Notes: a model not told the origin generated them from the sequence alone. 64,000 bases of DNA from an archaeon (GCA_043801855.1 JAZDLQ010000070.1:599-64598), one strand, 5' to 3'. Counted from the stretch's first letter, positions 18,487 to 28,340 are shown. Translations and numbers: made by a program.

Positions 18487-19359
18487 ATGAAATGCACAAA
18501 ATGCAATAAAAGAGCTGTCTTTTTAAAACCAAAATTATGTAAAGCGCATTTTATTGCATATTTTGAGAATAAAATTAAGTCAACAATTGTGAAATTTAGT
18601 CTTATAAATAAAAACGATAAAATAATTGTAGCAACATCAGGCGGAAAAGATTCATTGTCTTGTTTACTTGCACTAAGCAAGCTTTATCCAGGAGTAGAAG
18701 GTCTTCTTATTGATGAAGGAATCTCTGAATATCGTAATTATACTATTAAAGATCTTCAGCTTTTCTGCAAAAGCCGCAATATAAAATATAGGGTTGTATC
18801 ATTCAAAAAAGAGTTTGGGTTTAGTCTTGATTATGCTGTTAAAAAAACAGGTGAAAATCCATGTACTCTGTGTGGTATACTTAGAAGATATTTGTTGAAT
18901 AAGAGTTCAGCTGGTTTTGATGTAATTGCAACAGGACATAACATGGATGATGAGGCGCAGGCAATTATTATGAATCTTCTTCGATACAATATCAATCTTC
19001 TTGCAAGGCTTGGCCCAAAAACAGGCAAAACAAACAGTGAAATGTTTGTCCAGAGAATTAAACCAATGTATTTTATTACTGAAAAAGAAAGCATGGCTTA
19101 CTCTTACTTAAACAACCTCAAGACAAAATATGTTGAATGTCCGTATGTGCAATCTTCTTACAGGGCAAAAGTTAGGGATTTTTTAAACGAGTCTTCAATC
19201 AAGGATATTAATAGAAATATAATTCTCTCTTTTCTCAAAATTCAAAAAAAGATTAAGCCAAATTCAAACGATGGCATGCTTAGAAAATGTGAAAAATGTG
19301 GTCAGCCATCACAAAACCAAATTTGCAATGCGTGCTGTTTTCTTAAAAAAATCAAATAG
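18487..19359 (+). CDS. ttuA: TtuA/NcsA-type tRNA 2-thiolation PP-loop ATPase
   Basis: N- and C-terminal CxxC zinc fingers (CTKCNK...CKAH; CEKCGQ...CNAC), PP-loop SGGKDS, CTLCG, GHNMDDEAQ. Confidence 0.8.
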   Translation: MKCTKCNKRAVFLKPKLCKAHFIAYFENKIKSTIVKFSLINKNDKIIVATSGGKDSLSCLLALSKLYPGVEGLLIDEGISEYRNYTIKDLQLFCKSRNIKYRVVSFKKEFGFSLDYAVKKTGENPCTLCGILRRYLLNKSSAGFDVIATGHNMDDEAQAIIMNLLRYNINLLARLGPKTGKTNSEMFVQRIKPMYFITEKESMAYSYLNNLKTKYVECPYVQSSYRAKVRDFLNESSIKDINRNIILSFLKIQKKIKPNSNDGMLRKCEKCGQPSQNQICNACCFLKKIK

Positions 19360-19390
19360 TTTTTATAAATGAATAAATTAGGAATAAAAT

Positions 19391-20002
19391 ATGTATACAG
19401 ATATATGTTTTCCAAGCAATAATGAAGAGGAATATATTAGGATAGCACAAAAGATAAAATTAGGCGGGTTACTCTTTATTTATCCTGCTGATACAGAAAT
19501 TTCTAAAATTAAAGAAAGGCTAAAAGAGAAAAGCGTAAAGTTATATTATGGTGCATTGATTGAATCTGATAAGGATTTAAATAAAACAAAAACCACAGAG
19601 TTACTGGTTTCTGATTTGCCAATAAGGCAATTTATTGAATCAAAGAAAATAAAGCTCCACTATGGCTTTGAGTCATATGAGAAAAAAGACTCGCTTCATT
19701 ATAGGAAATCTGGTCTTGAGCAGGTTGTTTCAAAAATATTTTATGAAAAAGAAAAAATATACGGTTTTTCTCATTCATTAATATTGAACGCAAGAAATAA
19801 GCCCCTTGTTTTTGGAAGAATGATGCAGAATATTAGGCTATTGCAGAAATACAAAAATAATATTTTTATAGGAAGCTTTGCAAAATCACCATATGAGCTT
19901 CGCAGCAGAAGTGAACTTGTGTCATTTGGTGTATGCCTTGGCTTAACGCCAAATAAAGCAAAAGAATCAGTGAAATTGCTGGCAAATGGTTTTCTAGCTT
20001 GA
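19391..20002 (+). CDS. rnp3: RNase P protein component 3 (Rpp30)-like
   Basis: About 200 aa starting YTDICFP. The C-terminal block GSFAKSPYELRSRSELVSFGVCLGLTPNKAKESV resembles the Rpp30 signature (SSgA....lR.p.d...l...lGl....a). Confidence 0.55.
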   Translation: MYTDICFPSNNEEEYIRIAQKIKLGGLLFIYPADTEISKIKERLKEKSVKLYYGALIESDKDLNKTKTTELLVSDLPIRQFIESKKIKLHYGFESYEKKDSLHYRKSGLEQVVSKIFYEKEKIYGFSHSLILNARNKPLVFGRMMQNIRLLQKYKNNIFIGSFAKSPYELRSRSELVSFGVCLGLTPNKAKESVKLLANGFLA

Positions 20003-20074
20003 CGTAATTTAATGTAATATGGTCCTGCACACCTTTATATTTAAAAAGAAATCTTTTTATACCCTGTTGTTTTT

Positions 20075-21229
20075 ATGAGATTTATGTCTAAAATTGAGAC
20101 GGGCGTTGATAAGCTGGTAGAGTTAATAAATTTAAACGGTAAAATTTCTATTGATGAGGCAGCAAAAAAGCTTGGAGTTAGCCAAGTTGTTGTGCAGGAA
20201 TGGGCTGATTTTCTTGATGAAGAAAAAATAATATCAATAGAATACCAATTTTCTAAGACTTATTTAACCGTAAGAAAGCTAAGCCAGAAGGAAATCAATG
20301 TTAAAGAAAAAGAGTTTCACAATGAGAAAGATGCATTTATAAGAAAAGTTGAGTCTTATGAAAGTTCCCTTGAATCTGAAACAGCAGGGCTTGAAAAAAT
20401 TAAAGATGAATTTTATTCATTAAAAAAGGAAATCGGGTCTGAGCTTTTGAAAGTAAAAGATGAAGTGACAGATCTTGAAAAATATGAGTCTATGCAAAAG
20501 AACCTTTCAAAAGAAATTTCAAAGCAAAAAGAAGAGTATGTAAATATAATTGAGGGAGCGCACAGGCAACTGGAAGCAGAAGAAAAAAAATATCAGGTGC
20601 TTCTTAGCCAGCTTGAAATTGAAAAAAGAGAATTTGAGATTAAAGAGGAAAGAATGCATACCTTAGAAGAGAAAGAGGAAGCAATAAAAGACAAGCTTAA
20701 GGCAGTGTACGAGCTATTAAAATCAGCTGAAACAAGTGTTGAATCTGAAAAAAATTCAATTAAATCAGAAGAACGCCATTTAGGAAAGCTTGAGGAATCA
20801 GTAAAATTAATTGAAGAATCAATTAGTAAAAAAAAGCAGATTTTAGAGCCGATGCTAGAAAAAGCAAAAAAGCATGAACAAGAAATTTTAGATATTCAGG
20901 AAAACATTCTGGCTAAAGTGAATGATAGGGCAAAACAGATTAATTCAAAAGTAAAAGAAAGCGAAGCTGCAACTGAAAAATTTAGGAAATTTTTTGATAA
21001 AAAAACAGAGATTGATTCTCTTCTTCAAAAAGTAGAAGAAGAAAGGACATCACTAAAAAAGGAATACGATACACTAATAAAAAAAGCAACTGCGTTTAAC
21101 ATTGCGTCTAAATCAGACACAGTTGACTCTCATGTTATCCAGCTAAACAGTGAATTAAAAAGGATTGATAAAAAAAGAGTTTCCTTTAAGGATAAAGTTG
21201 GCAGATTGTTCAAATTAATAAAAGAATAA
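20075..21229 (+). CDS. wHTH plus long coiled-coil protein (pilus-locus associated, function unknown)
   Basis: The N-terminus ISIDEAAKKLGVSQVVVQEWADFL is HTH-like. The rest is E/K-rich heptad-like sequence. Lies directly upstream of the pilus ATPase. Confidence 0.5.
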   Translation: MRFMSKIETGVDKLVELINLNGKISIDEAAKKLGVSQVVVQEWADFLDEEKIISIEYQFSKTYLTVRKLSQKEINVKEKEFHNEKDAFIRKVESYESSLESETAGLEKIKDEFYSLKKEIGSELLKVKDEVTDLEKYESMQKNLSKEISKQKEEYVNIIEGAHRQLEAEEKKYQVLLSQLEIEKREFEIKEERMHTLEEKEEAIKDKLKAVYELLKSAETSVESEKNSIKSEERHLGKLEESVKLIEESISKKKQILEPMLEKAKKHEQEILDIQENILAKVNDRAKQINSKVKESEAATEKFRKFFDKKTEIDSLLQKVEEERTSLKKEYDTLIKKATAFNIASKSDTVDSHVIQLNSELKRIDKKRVSFKDKVGRLFKLIKE

Positions 21230-21238
21230 AGCAAACAG

Positions 21239-22765
21239 ATGAAAAAGAAAAAAGAGGTGAAAAAACATGGTGAAGAAACTACTTCTCTTGAACCAGCTTC
21301 TCTTGAAAAGTATAATTACAAATCAAAGAATATCCCTATTGAAATAAACATTTTCAAGAGCGCCAATGAATTTGTCCCAATCTATGATGTTTCAATTTCA
21401 CAGATAAGCAAGACAACAGAACTCATTCTTGAAAAGATACGACAGCAGCTTATAAGGCAGGTCAATCTTGGCCTGGTTGAAATTACAGATGTTAAAAAAA
21501 CAGAAGTTATTGAAGAAAAATTCAAAAAAACAATAGTTGTTTTAATTAACAAGTACTTTCCAGACCTTGAAGAAGAGACAAAAGATTTTCTTGTTACATA
21601 CTTAATTCAAAAAAGCCTTGGACTCGGAACTATTGAAATTTTGATGGATGATGATTATATAGAAGAAATTGTTATTAATTCAGCAAAAGAACCTGTATGG
21701 ATTTACCACAAAAAGCACGGATGGCTAAAGACAAATATTGTTCTTGAGGATGAGGAACAAACAAGGCACTATGCAACAATGATAGGTAGAAAGATAGGCA
21801 GGCAAATTACAGTTCTTGAGCCTCTTCTTGACGCGCATATTGGAATAGGAGATAGAGTAAATGCAACACTTATGCCTATTTCTACACAGGGAAACACTGT
21901 AACATTTCGAAAATTTTCAAGAGAGCCTTTTACTATAACACATTTTCTAAGATACGGGGCAATTACAACGTCAGCAGCCGCGTTGATATGGCTCTCTATG
22001 CAGTATGAGCTTTCAGCACTAATTGCAGGCGGAACAGCGTCAGGTAAAACTTCTGCTCTTAACGTACTTGCAATGTTTATTCCACCAAACCAAAGGATTA
22101 TTTCGATTGAAGATACAAGGGAAATTCGGCTTCCAAAGTTCCTTCATTGGGTTCCAATGTCAACAAGGCTTGCCAATGCAGAAGGTAAGGGCAATATTTC
22201 TATGGAAGATTTGCTTGTAAATTCACTTAGAATGAGGCCAGATCGAATTCTAGTTGGCGAAGTTAGAAGAAAAAGAGAAGCAGAAACTCTTTTTGAAGCA
22301 ATCCATACAGGCCATTCATGCTATGCGACATTCCACGCAAACAGTGCAGAAGAAACAGTAAGAAGACTTACAAATACGCCAATTGAAGTTCCAATGACAA
22401 TGCTACCTGCAATTTCATTAATAATAATTCAATTCAGGAACAGAAGAACAGGAAAAAGAAGGACATTTCAGATTGCAGAGATTCTTCCTGACGGAAATCC
22501 ACACGTGCTGCTACAATATGATCAGAAAAAAGATAAGCTTGTTGAAGTATCAAAGTCAAAGTCATTGATGGCAACAATTACCTTGTTTACTGGGTTTACT
22601 CACACAGAAATTGAAAAAGACCTAAAAGAAAAAGAAAAAATTCTGAAATATCTTGTTTCTCTAAATATTGACACAATCGAAAGTGTTGGAAGGGTAATGG
22701 CCGAATACTACACAAATAAGCCAAATCTCCTTAAGCATGTAGCTAAGCAGGAAAAGCTAATCTGA
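21239..22765 (+). CDS. Archaeal type IV pilus/archaellum-type assembly ATPase (FlaI/PilB, T2SS-E family)
   Basis: Walker A GGTASGKTS, Walker B/Asp box ISIEDTREI, His box TGHSCYATFHAN. Confidence 0.9.
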   Translation: MKKKKEVKKHGEETTSLEPASLEKYNYKSKNIPIEINIFKSANEFVPIYDVSISQISKTTELILEKIRQQLIRQVNLGLVEITDVKKTEVIEEKFKKTIVVLINKYFPDLEEETKDFLVTYLIQKSLGLGTIEILMDDDYIEEIVINSAKEPVWIYHKKHGWLKTNIVLEDEEQTRHYATMIGRKIGRQITVLEPLLDAHIGIGDRVNATLMPISTQGNTVTFRKFSREPFTITHFLRYGAITTSAAALIWLSMQYELSALIAGGTASGKTSALNVLAMFIPPNQRIISIEDTREIRLPKFLHWVPMSTRLANAEGKGNISMEDLLVNSLRMRPDRILVGEVRRKREAETLFEAIHTGHSCYATFHANSAEETVRRLTNTPIEVPMTMLPAISLIIIQFRNRRTGKRRTFQIAEILPDGNPHVLLQYDQKKDKLVEVSKSKSLMATITLFTGFTHTEIEKDLKEKEKILKYLVSLNIDTIESVGRVMAEYYTNKPNLLKHVAKQEKLI

Positions 22766-22772
22766 CTTTAAA

Positions 22773-23591
22773 ATGAATATAATAAAGCTTATCTCAAAAA
22801 GCATGCCTGAATTAGGAATGAAGCTAAGGCAGGCAAATATGGCTTATTCAGCTGAAGAATTCATTAAAAAAACGCTCCAAACTGCACTTACAATGAGTTT
22901 TGGAATGCTTTTTATTATCTTTATGTTTGTGGCTCCTTATGTTTCAAAAATAATGCTGGTAAAAATTCTTGCGATAAGTTTTCCAGTTGCTTTTCTTTTT
23001 TTATTCTTTTATTTTTTTCAGATGCCAACAGTAAGAATTGGAAAGCTCTGCCGCCAGATAGATAGAGAAGTGATTTTTGCCGGCAGGTTTTTAGTTGTTG
23101 AGCTTGAATCAGGCGTTCCGCTTTTTGACGCAATAAAAAATATCAGTAAGAACTTTAAATATGTTGGCGCCTATTTCCAGGAAATTGTTGAAAAAGTAAG
23201 CGTCGGAACAAACCTTGAAGACGCAATAACAGAAGCGGTCGAGCAGGTTCCAAGCGAATCGCTTAATAAGATTTTTTGGCAGATTTCAAATTCAATAAGT
23301 ACTGGCTCTGATGTAATTCGCCCAATAAACAATGTTATCGAGACATTAATACGTGAACAGCAAATAGCTGTTTCGGAGTATGGCAGAAAATTAAATCCTC
23401 TTGCAATGTTTTATATGCTTATAGCAGTTGTTTCTCCGAGCCTTGGGATAACTCTTGTTACAATTCTTTCAATATTTATGGGCTTTAAGCTTTCCCTTCC
23501 ATTACTATTGACAATAGCCGGGCTTCTTGGATTTATCCAGTTCATGTTTGTTGCAATGATTAGTTCATCAAGGCCAGCAGTTGAGTTTTAA
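22773..23591 (+). CDS. T2SS-F domain membrane protein (FlaJ/TadB-like)
   Basis: One T2SS-F-like domain (FAGRFLVVELESGVPLFDAIKNI...) flanked by TM segments. Confidence 0.75.
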   Translation: MNIIKLISKSMPELGMKLRQANMAYSAEEFIKKTLQTALTMSFGMLFIIFMFVAPYVSKIMLVKILAISFPVAFLFLFFYFFQMPTVRIGKLCRQIDREVIFAGRFLVVELESGVPLFDAIKNISKNFKYVGAYFQEIVEKVSVGTNLEDAITEAVEQVPSESLNKIFWQISNSISTGSDVIRPINNVIETLIREQQIAVSEYGRKLNPLAMFYMLIAVVSPSLGITLVTILSIFMGFKLSLPLLLTIAGLLGFIQFMFVAMISSSRPAVEF

Positions 23592-23592
23592 A

Positions 23593-24978
23593 ATGGAACA
23601 AAAAAGCGATAAAAAAAAGATATTATTTAGAATTCCAAACTTAAAAGAATCGCTTAGAACAGGCCTTCCAAATATAAAAGAATACACTTCAAAAGCAGGA
23701 ATAGATGTTGAGCCAACAAAAATTTCAAAGCAGATATTTAACATTTCTCTGGTTGCTAATATTATTTTTTCGTCTTATTTAGTTTATTTTTTTATACTTA
23801 AAAATTCACAAAAAAACGCAATATATTTTATTCTAATTCCTTTTATTATTGCACTCGGGCTTGCTTTTTTCTTTTTTTTATTCTGGACTTTATTTTGTCT
23901 TTTTCTTGATTTTAGAATTTTTGTTAAAGAAAAAAAAGCACCGTCTATTTTTTCAAAACACAAGCAGACTGAATCAAAAATATCAGAATTTGAGCGAAAA
24001 AGAAAACTTTCAGATTATATTTCAAAAGCAGGAATAGACCTTCATTTTAATTCAGCAGCAGTCAAGATATTTAAATACGCAATTATATTCAACTTGGCAG
24101 TAAACGGTTATATGCTTTATACCTATTCGGGCATAAAACCCGGGATAATATTTACGCTATTTACAACATCAATTTTGTGGACTCTTGGTTTAACTATTCT
24201 TGTTTTTCTTTTTTGGATTTTATTTTTTGTATGGATTGACTTAAGAATTTACCAAAGAACTAAAAAAATAGAAGAGGTACTTCCTGACTTTTTACATTTA
24301 ACTTCAGCAAATATCAGTGCAGGCATGCCAATAGATCGGGCAATGTGGTTTGCAGTTCGCCCAAAATTTGGTGTTCTTGCTAAAGAAATAGAAGATGTTG
24401 CAAAATCAACTCTTGTCGGAGAAAAGCTTGACCTGGCGCTACTTAAATTTACAAAAAAATATGATTCAGAAATACTTCAAAGGTCAATTAATCTTCTTCT
24501 TGAAGGCCTTGAATCCGGCGGCCAGGTCGGAGAACTCTTAAACAGGATTGCTGTTAACATTGAAGAGACAAGGATAATTAGAAAGGAGATGGCAGCAAGT
24601 GTTACAACCTATGTTATTTTTATTGTATTTGCATCAATCGTTGCGGCGCCTTTTCTATTTGGGCTGTCAACTGAGCTTGTTGTAATAATGCAGACTATAA
24701 TGTCAAAGATAACTATGGATTCAGCTTCGCAATCTGGAGGAGGGATGTCGTCTATGTTTTCATTTTCAACTGATGCCATAAATATTGCAGATTTCAGGAT
24801 TTTTTCAATGGTTTCATTATCAATCACAGCTTTTTTCAGCGCAATAATTATCAATGTAATACAAAAAGGGACTGTAAAAGAAGGGCTTTACATGATTCCT
24901 GTATTTATTGGTATTTCGATAATGATTTATATGCTCGCAACAACAATTATGCATAGTATGCTTGGAAGCTTATTTTGA
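23593..24978 (+). CDS. T2SS-F domain membrane protein (FlaJ/TadC-like) with duplicated N-terminal module
   Basis: T2SS-F-like domain (LPDFLHLTSANISAGMPIDRAMWFA...LLEGLESGGQVGELL). ATG 23593 lies 2 nt after the upstream stop. Confidence 0.75.
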   Translation: MEQKSDKKKILFRIPNLKESLRTGLPNIKEYTSKAGIDVEPTKISKQIFNISLVANIIFSSYLVYFFILKNSQKNAIYFILIPFIIALGLAFFFFLFWTLFCLFLDFRIFVKEKKAPSIFSKHKQTESKISEFERKRKLSDYISKAGIDLHFNSAAVKIFKYAIIFNLAVNGYMLYTYSGIKPGIIFTLFTTSILWTLGLTILVFLFWILFFVWIDLRIYQRTKKIEEVLPDFLHLTSANISAGMPIDRAMWFAVRPKFGVLAKEIEDVAKSTLVGEKLDLALLKFTKKYDSEILQRSINLLLEGLESGGQVGELLNRIAVNIEETRIIRKEMAASVTTYVIFIVFASIVAAPFLFGLSTELVVIMQTIMSKITMDSASQSGGGMSSMFSFSTDAINIADFRIFSMVSLSITAFFSAIIINVIQKGTVKEGLYMIPVFIGISIMIYMLATTIMHSMLGSLF

Positions 24979-25206
24979 ATTGCAGTGCCAGAAAGCTATA
25001 CACTTAAGTATAATGTACGAACAAATTCACTTGGCAGTGCAATTTGTTGAAGTCCGTGTTTACAAATTCCTTCAATTTTATATAAGAGGTAGCATCGGAC
25101 TTCATTCAATTAATGAAACACCAAACTAGTATGGGAAAACGTAATATTTATATACTACCTCTGATTAAATACAAAAATATACATTATATTAACTTGAGGT
25201 GATATC

Positions 25207-25689
25207 ATGAACATGAAAAAAGGACAAGCCGCAATGGAGTTCCTAATGACATACGGCTGGGCAATTCTAGTCGTAATCGCAGCAATTGCAGCTCTTGCTT
25301 ATTTTGGCGTATTAAGCCCAGATAAAATGCTGCCAGAAAGGACAACATTCCAGGCACCAGTACCAAGTGTTGATAATGCAGTTGTTAGGGCAAACGGAAC
25401 AGTAGTAATTGCATTTAAAAATAATGTAGGTTTTCCAATAACTATTGATGGGGTTACAGCATCAGGAAGTTGCACAACACCAACTTTTAGAGCAGTATAC
25501 AATAGCACCAGTTCACAGACAACAACTGGAATGACCATTTATAACGGAGATGGATTTCGAATTGAATTTACCTGCGGTGCACTTACTGCTGGGCAAAAGT
25601 TTAATTCAGATGTTGTTTTGACATATACAAACACTGAGTCTGATCTTCAGAAACCACATTCAGGTTCAATTAGTGCAAGAGTTGCTTAA
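25207..25689 (+). CDS. Archaeal type IV pilin (class III signal peptide)
   Basis: MNMKKGQ/AAMEFLMTYGWAILVVIAAIA is a prepilin-peptidase-type signal with a hydrophobic alpha-helix. GAGGTGA RBS. Confidence 0.8.
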   Translation: MNMKKGQAAMEFLMTYGWAILVVIAAIAALAYFGVLSPDKMLPERTTFQAPVPSVDNAVVRANGTVVIAFKNNVGFPITIDGVTASGSCTTPTFRAVYNSTSSQTTTGMTIYNGDGFRIEFTCGALTAGQKFNSDVVLTYTNTESDLQKPHSGSISARVA

Positions 25690-25695
25690 AACCAA

Positions 25696-25725
25696 TTTTT
25701 ATTTTTTCTTTTTCTATTTTTTTTC
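25696..25725 (+). terminator. Oligo-T transcription terminator after the pilin gene
   Basis: Consecutive T tracts (TTTTTATTTTTTCTTTTTCTATTTTTTTTC) lie directly after the stop codon. Archaeal RNAP terminates at oligo-T. Confidence 0.4.
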
Positions 25726-25796
25726 TGTCTTAAACAAAAACATTTATTAACCCTTTTCTTTACTTAATACTAATTAATTATATGAGGTGAAAAATT

Positions 25797-26663
25797 ATGG
25801 CATGGGGATTTATTATTGCAGGAGTTGGATTACTATTTTTCTTTTTAGGAGTAAAAGTTGTAAGGCCAACACACAGGGGTGTTGTTGAGACTCTTGGAAA
25901 ATATACTGGATATGCATTGCCTGGGTTTCATTGGGTATTTCCAATAATCCAGAGAATGTATGTGGTCAATGTAACTGAGCAAATGGTAGATGCCGAGCCT
26001 CAGGAAATAATTACAAATGATAACCTTAATGCAAGGGTTGATGCGCAGGTTTATTTCAGGGTAAGGCCTGATGAGGAATCTGTAAAAGCCTCATTATACA
26101 ATGTATTTAACACAGATAGGCAGATTGTAAGCCTTGCAAGGACAACGTTAAGAAATATTATAGGCACTTTGACTTTAAAATCCGCCAACAGTGAAAGGGA
26201 CAAGATTAATTCTGAGCTTATGAAAACACTTAAAGAAGAGACAAAGCACTGGGGAATTGATGTAGTTAGAACAGAATTAAAAGAAATCGATCCCCCAAAA
26301 GATGTTCAGGATACAATGAATAAAGTTGTAAAAGCTGAAAACGAAAAAATTGCTGCAAAAGATTACGCAACTGCTGTTGAAACACAGGCTGACGGCCAAA
26401 GAAGAGCATCAATCCAAGAGGCAGAAGGGTTAAAAAAAGCAAGGGTACTTCGGGCAGAAGGAGAGGCTGAGGCGATAAAGCTTGTCAATGAGGCAGCTAA
26501 TAAGTATTTTACTGGCAATGCACAGATATTAAGAAAGCTTGAAGCAGTAGAAAAATCATTATCAACCAATACAAAAATTGTTGTTCCAAGCGATTCAGAA
26601 CTTGTAAATGTTATTGGAAACCTTGGTGGCATTGCTCCAATAAAATTATCAAAGAAAAAATAA
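25797..26663 (+). CDS. SPFH/band-7 (stomatin/prohibitin-like) protein
   Basis: N-terminal TM, then a typical SPFH core (VVRPTHRGVVETLGKY...ITNDNLNARVDAQVYFRV...RTELKEIDPP) and a coiled-coil tail. Confidence 0.9.
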   Translation: MAWGFIIAGVGLLFFFLGVKVVRPTHRGVVETLGKYTGYALPGFHWVFPIIQRMYVVNVTEQMVDAEPQEIITNDNLNARVDAQVYFRVRPDEESVKASLYNVFNTDRQIVSLARTTLRNIIGTLTLKSANSERDKINSELMKTLKEETKHWGIDVVRTELKEIDPPKDVQDTMNKVVKAENEKIAAKDYATAVETQADGQRRASIQEAEGLKKARVLRAEGEAEAIKLVNEAANKYFTGNAQILRKLEAVEKSLSTNTKIVVPSDSELVNVIGNLGGIAPIKLSKKK

Positions 26664-26667
26664 AAAA

Positions 26668-27219
26668 TTATTTTTTCTTTAACAAATAAATATCATAACA
26701 GGCAATTGCTGCACCAAGTACAACACAAAATTTGGTAGTAGGATCAGGGAGATTATCAACAAACGGATGTGTTACTGCGATTGCTGCCCCTATTGCTCCA
26801 CCTTTTTTAAATTCGTCTATATATCCTTTCTGGCTTCTATTAACTTCATTTATTCTATAGTTAATACTAAATAGCGCGCCACCAACTAAAAAACCAATTG
26901 CACAAGCAAGTATCCAGTCATGAGTTATGCCTCTATGTTTATATAAAGAATTGTTTCCATTATATAATTTATCAATATCGCTAGCGAATCCTAAAATTGC
27001 AACAGAGTATTTAATATAATTTTTTTTTATGCTTTCATATATTTTGTTAAAAAATAAATGTACTGGAGATGCTTCTGCCTGCTCTTTCTTTTCAAGTAAC
27101 AAAAGCATCCTGGCGTCTACATAAGAATAGATCATATCAATAAAATAATATGCTGAAATAGTGCATATTGTGTGTGCTGCCGCATCACTCAATAAATCAA
27201 TAATAGTTTCTAATGGCAA
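26668..27219 (-). CDS. Membrane protein, possibly DUF457/YdjM-like metal-dependent hydrolase
   Basis: HRGITHD motif within a hydrophobic context. Weak assignment. Confidence 0.35.
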   Translation of the reverse strand: MPLETIIDLLSDAAAHTICTISAYYFIDMIYSYVDARMLLLLEKKEQAEASPVHLFFNKIYESIKKNYIKYSVAILGFASDIDKLYNGNNSLYKHRGITHDWILACAIGFLVGGALFSINYRINEVNRSQKGYIDEFKKGGAIGAAIAVTHPFVDNLPDPTTKFCVVLGAAIACYDIYLLKKK

Positions 27220-27328
27220 ACATTATCACTTTTGAATTTTATAATAAGATTATATTTTTAATACACAGAAAAGTATTTAATATTTAAACTTATAAAAAGT
27301 TATAATATTGTTTTGGACTTAATTAAAT

Positions 27329-28306
27329 ATGAAATTTATTAATTATGTATTGTTTTTTGTACTGCTCTCAACAAGTGTGGCAGCTATAAGAGATATGCCC
27401 TTCTTTTCAGGAGACGTTATTAGCGATGAGCCTTTTTTTATCAAAGGAGAGGAATATCGGGCTGTTTTTATTAGATATGTGAATAATACAATAATTTATT
27501 ACCCAAACGGAGTCAGTGATGTGCTGACGCAAAATCGCAGTTGTTCTGGCCAATGGATTTATAGCACATGCGTATCAAATATAAGGTATTCAGCAAAAGG
27601 AAGAGTTGTCCCTGAAGATGTGCGCGAAGCAAACATAAATATTACAATCCACCTTACAATTAATTCAACTAACGCAAGCATCATTTTTCTTCAGAAGTAT
27701 GAAAAAGAGTCTTTTAGTGCTAAAGAAAAAGTGCCTGTAAAAATCTCGCTAATAAATGAAGGAAAAATTATAGCCGAAAATCTTTCTTTTTCAATAGAGT
27801 ATCCAGGATATTTTGTTGTAACCAACGCAACCGGATGTACTGCCGAATTAAATTCTGTATTCTATAAAGGAACAATGCTAAGTGAAAACAAAGGAATAGA
27901 ATGCACGTATTTTATTTACTCAGAAAAAGAAGCAAAAGTCAATGTAACAGCAGAATACACATATGGTTTTTTGGATAGGCAGATTAAAAAAACAGACACA
28001 AAATTTCTTAATATAAGTATATCACTTAACCAAAATACCAGTGAAGTTAAAGAAAATATAAGTGATAAAAAACCAGAAGCTAAAAAAGCAGAAAATAATA
28101 CCCAAACGGCAATAGCCCAGGACACTAGTCTAATATTAGAACAGCAAGACCAAAACACACAATATGAAAAATTAGAAAAAATATCTCCTTTGATTATATT
28201 AGCAATTGCAATAATGTTACTTATTTTACTTTTATTTGTTAAATTTAAACATAACAAGTACTCAGAATTAGATAAAGAAATACAGGAGATTAAAAAAAAA
28301 GAGTAA
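27329..28306 (+). CDS. Predicted surface-anchored glycoprotein (hypothetical)
   Basis: N-terminal signal, C-terminal TM anchor (ISPLIILAIAIMLLILLLFV), and at least 10 N-x-S/T sequons. Confidence 0.5.
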   Translation: MKFINYVLFFVLLSTSVAAIRDMPFFSGDVISDEPFFIKGEEYRAVFIRYVNNTIIYYPNGVSDVLTQNRSCSGQWIYSTCVSNIRYSAKGRVVPEDVREANINITIHLTINSTNASIIFLQKYEKESFSAKEKVPVKISLINEGKIIAENLSFSIEYPGYFVVTNATGCTAELNSVFYKGTMLSENKGIECTYFIYSEKEAKVNVTAEYTYGFLDRQIKKTDTKFLNISISLNQNTSEVKENISDKKPEAKKAENNTQTAIAQDTSLILEQQDQNTQYEKLEKISPLIILAIAIMLLILLLFVKFKHNKYSELDKEIQEIKKKE

Positions 28307-28340
28307 TCTTTTTATAACAACAAATTCTCTTTTTAGATTT

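Noticed and set aside
22773-24978. Frameshifted pseudogene interpretation of the two adjacent T2SS-F genes.
   Set aside because: Each ORF carries its own complete T2SS-F-like domain with flanking TM helices. TadB/TadC-like two-gene arrangements are normal, and the second gene has an ATG 2 nt after the first stop.
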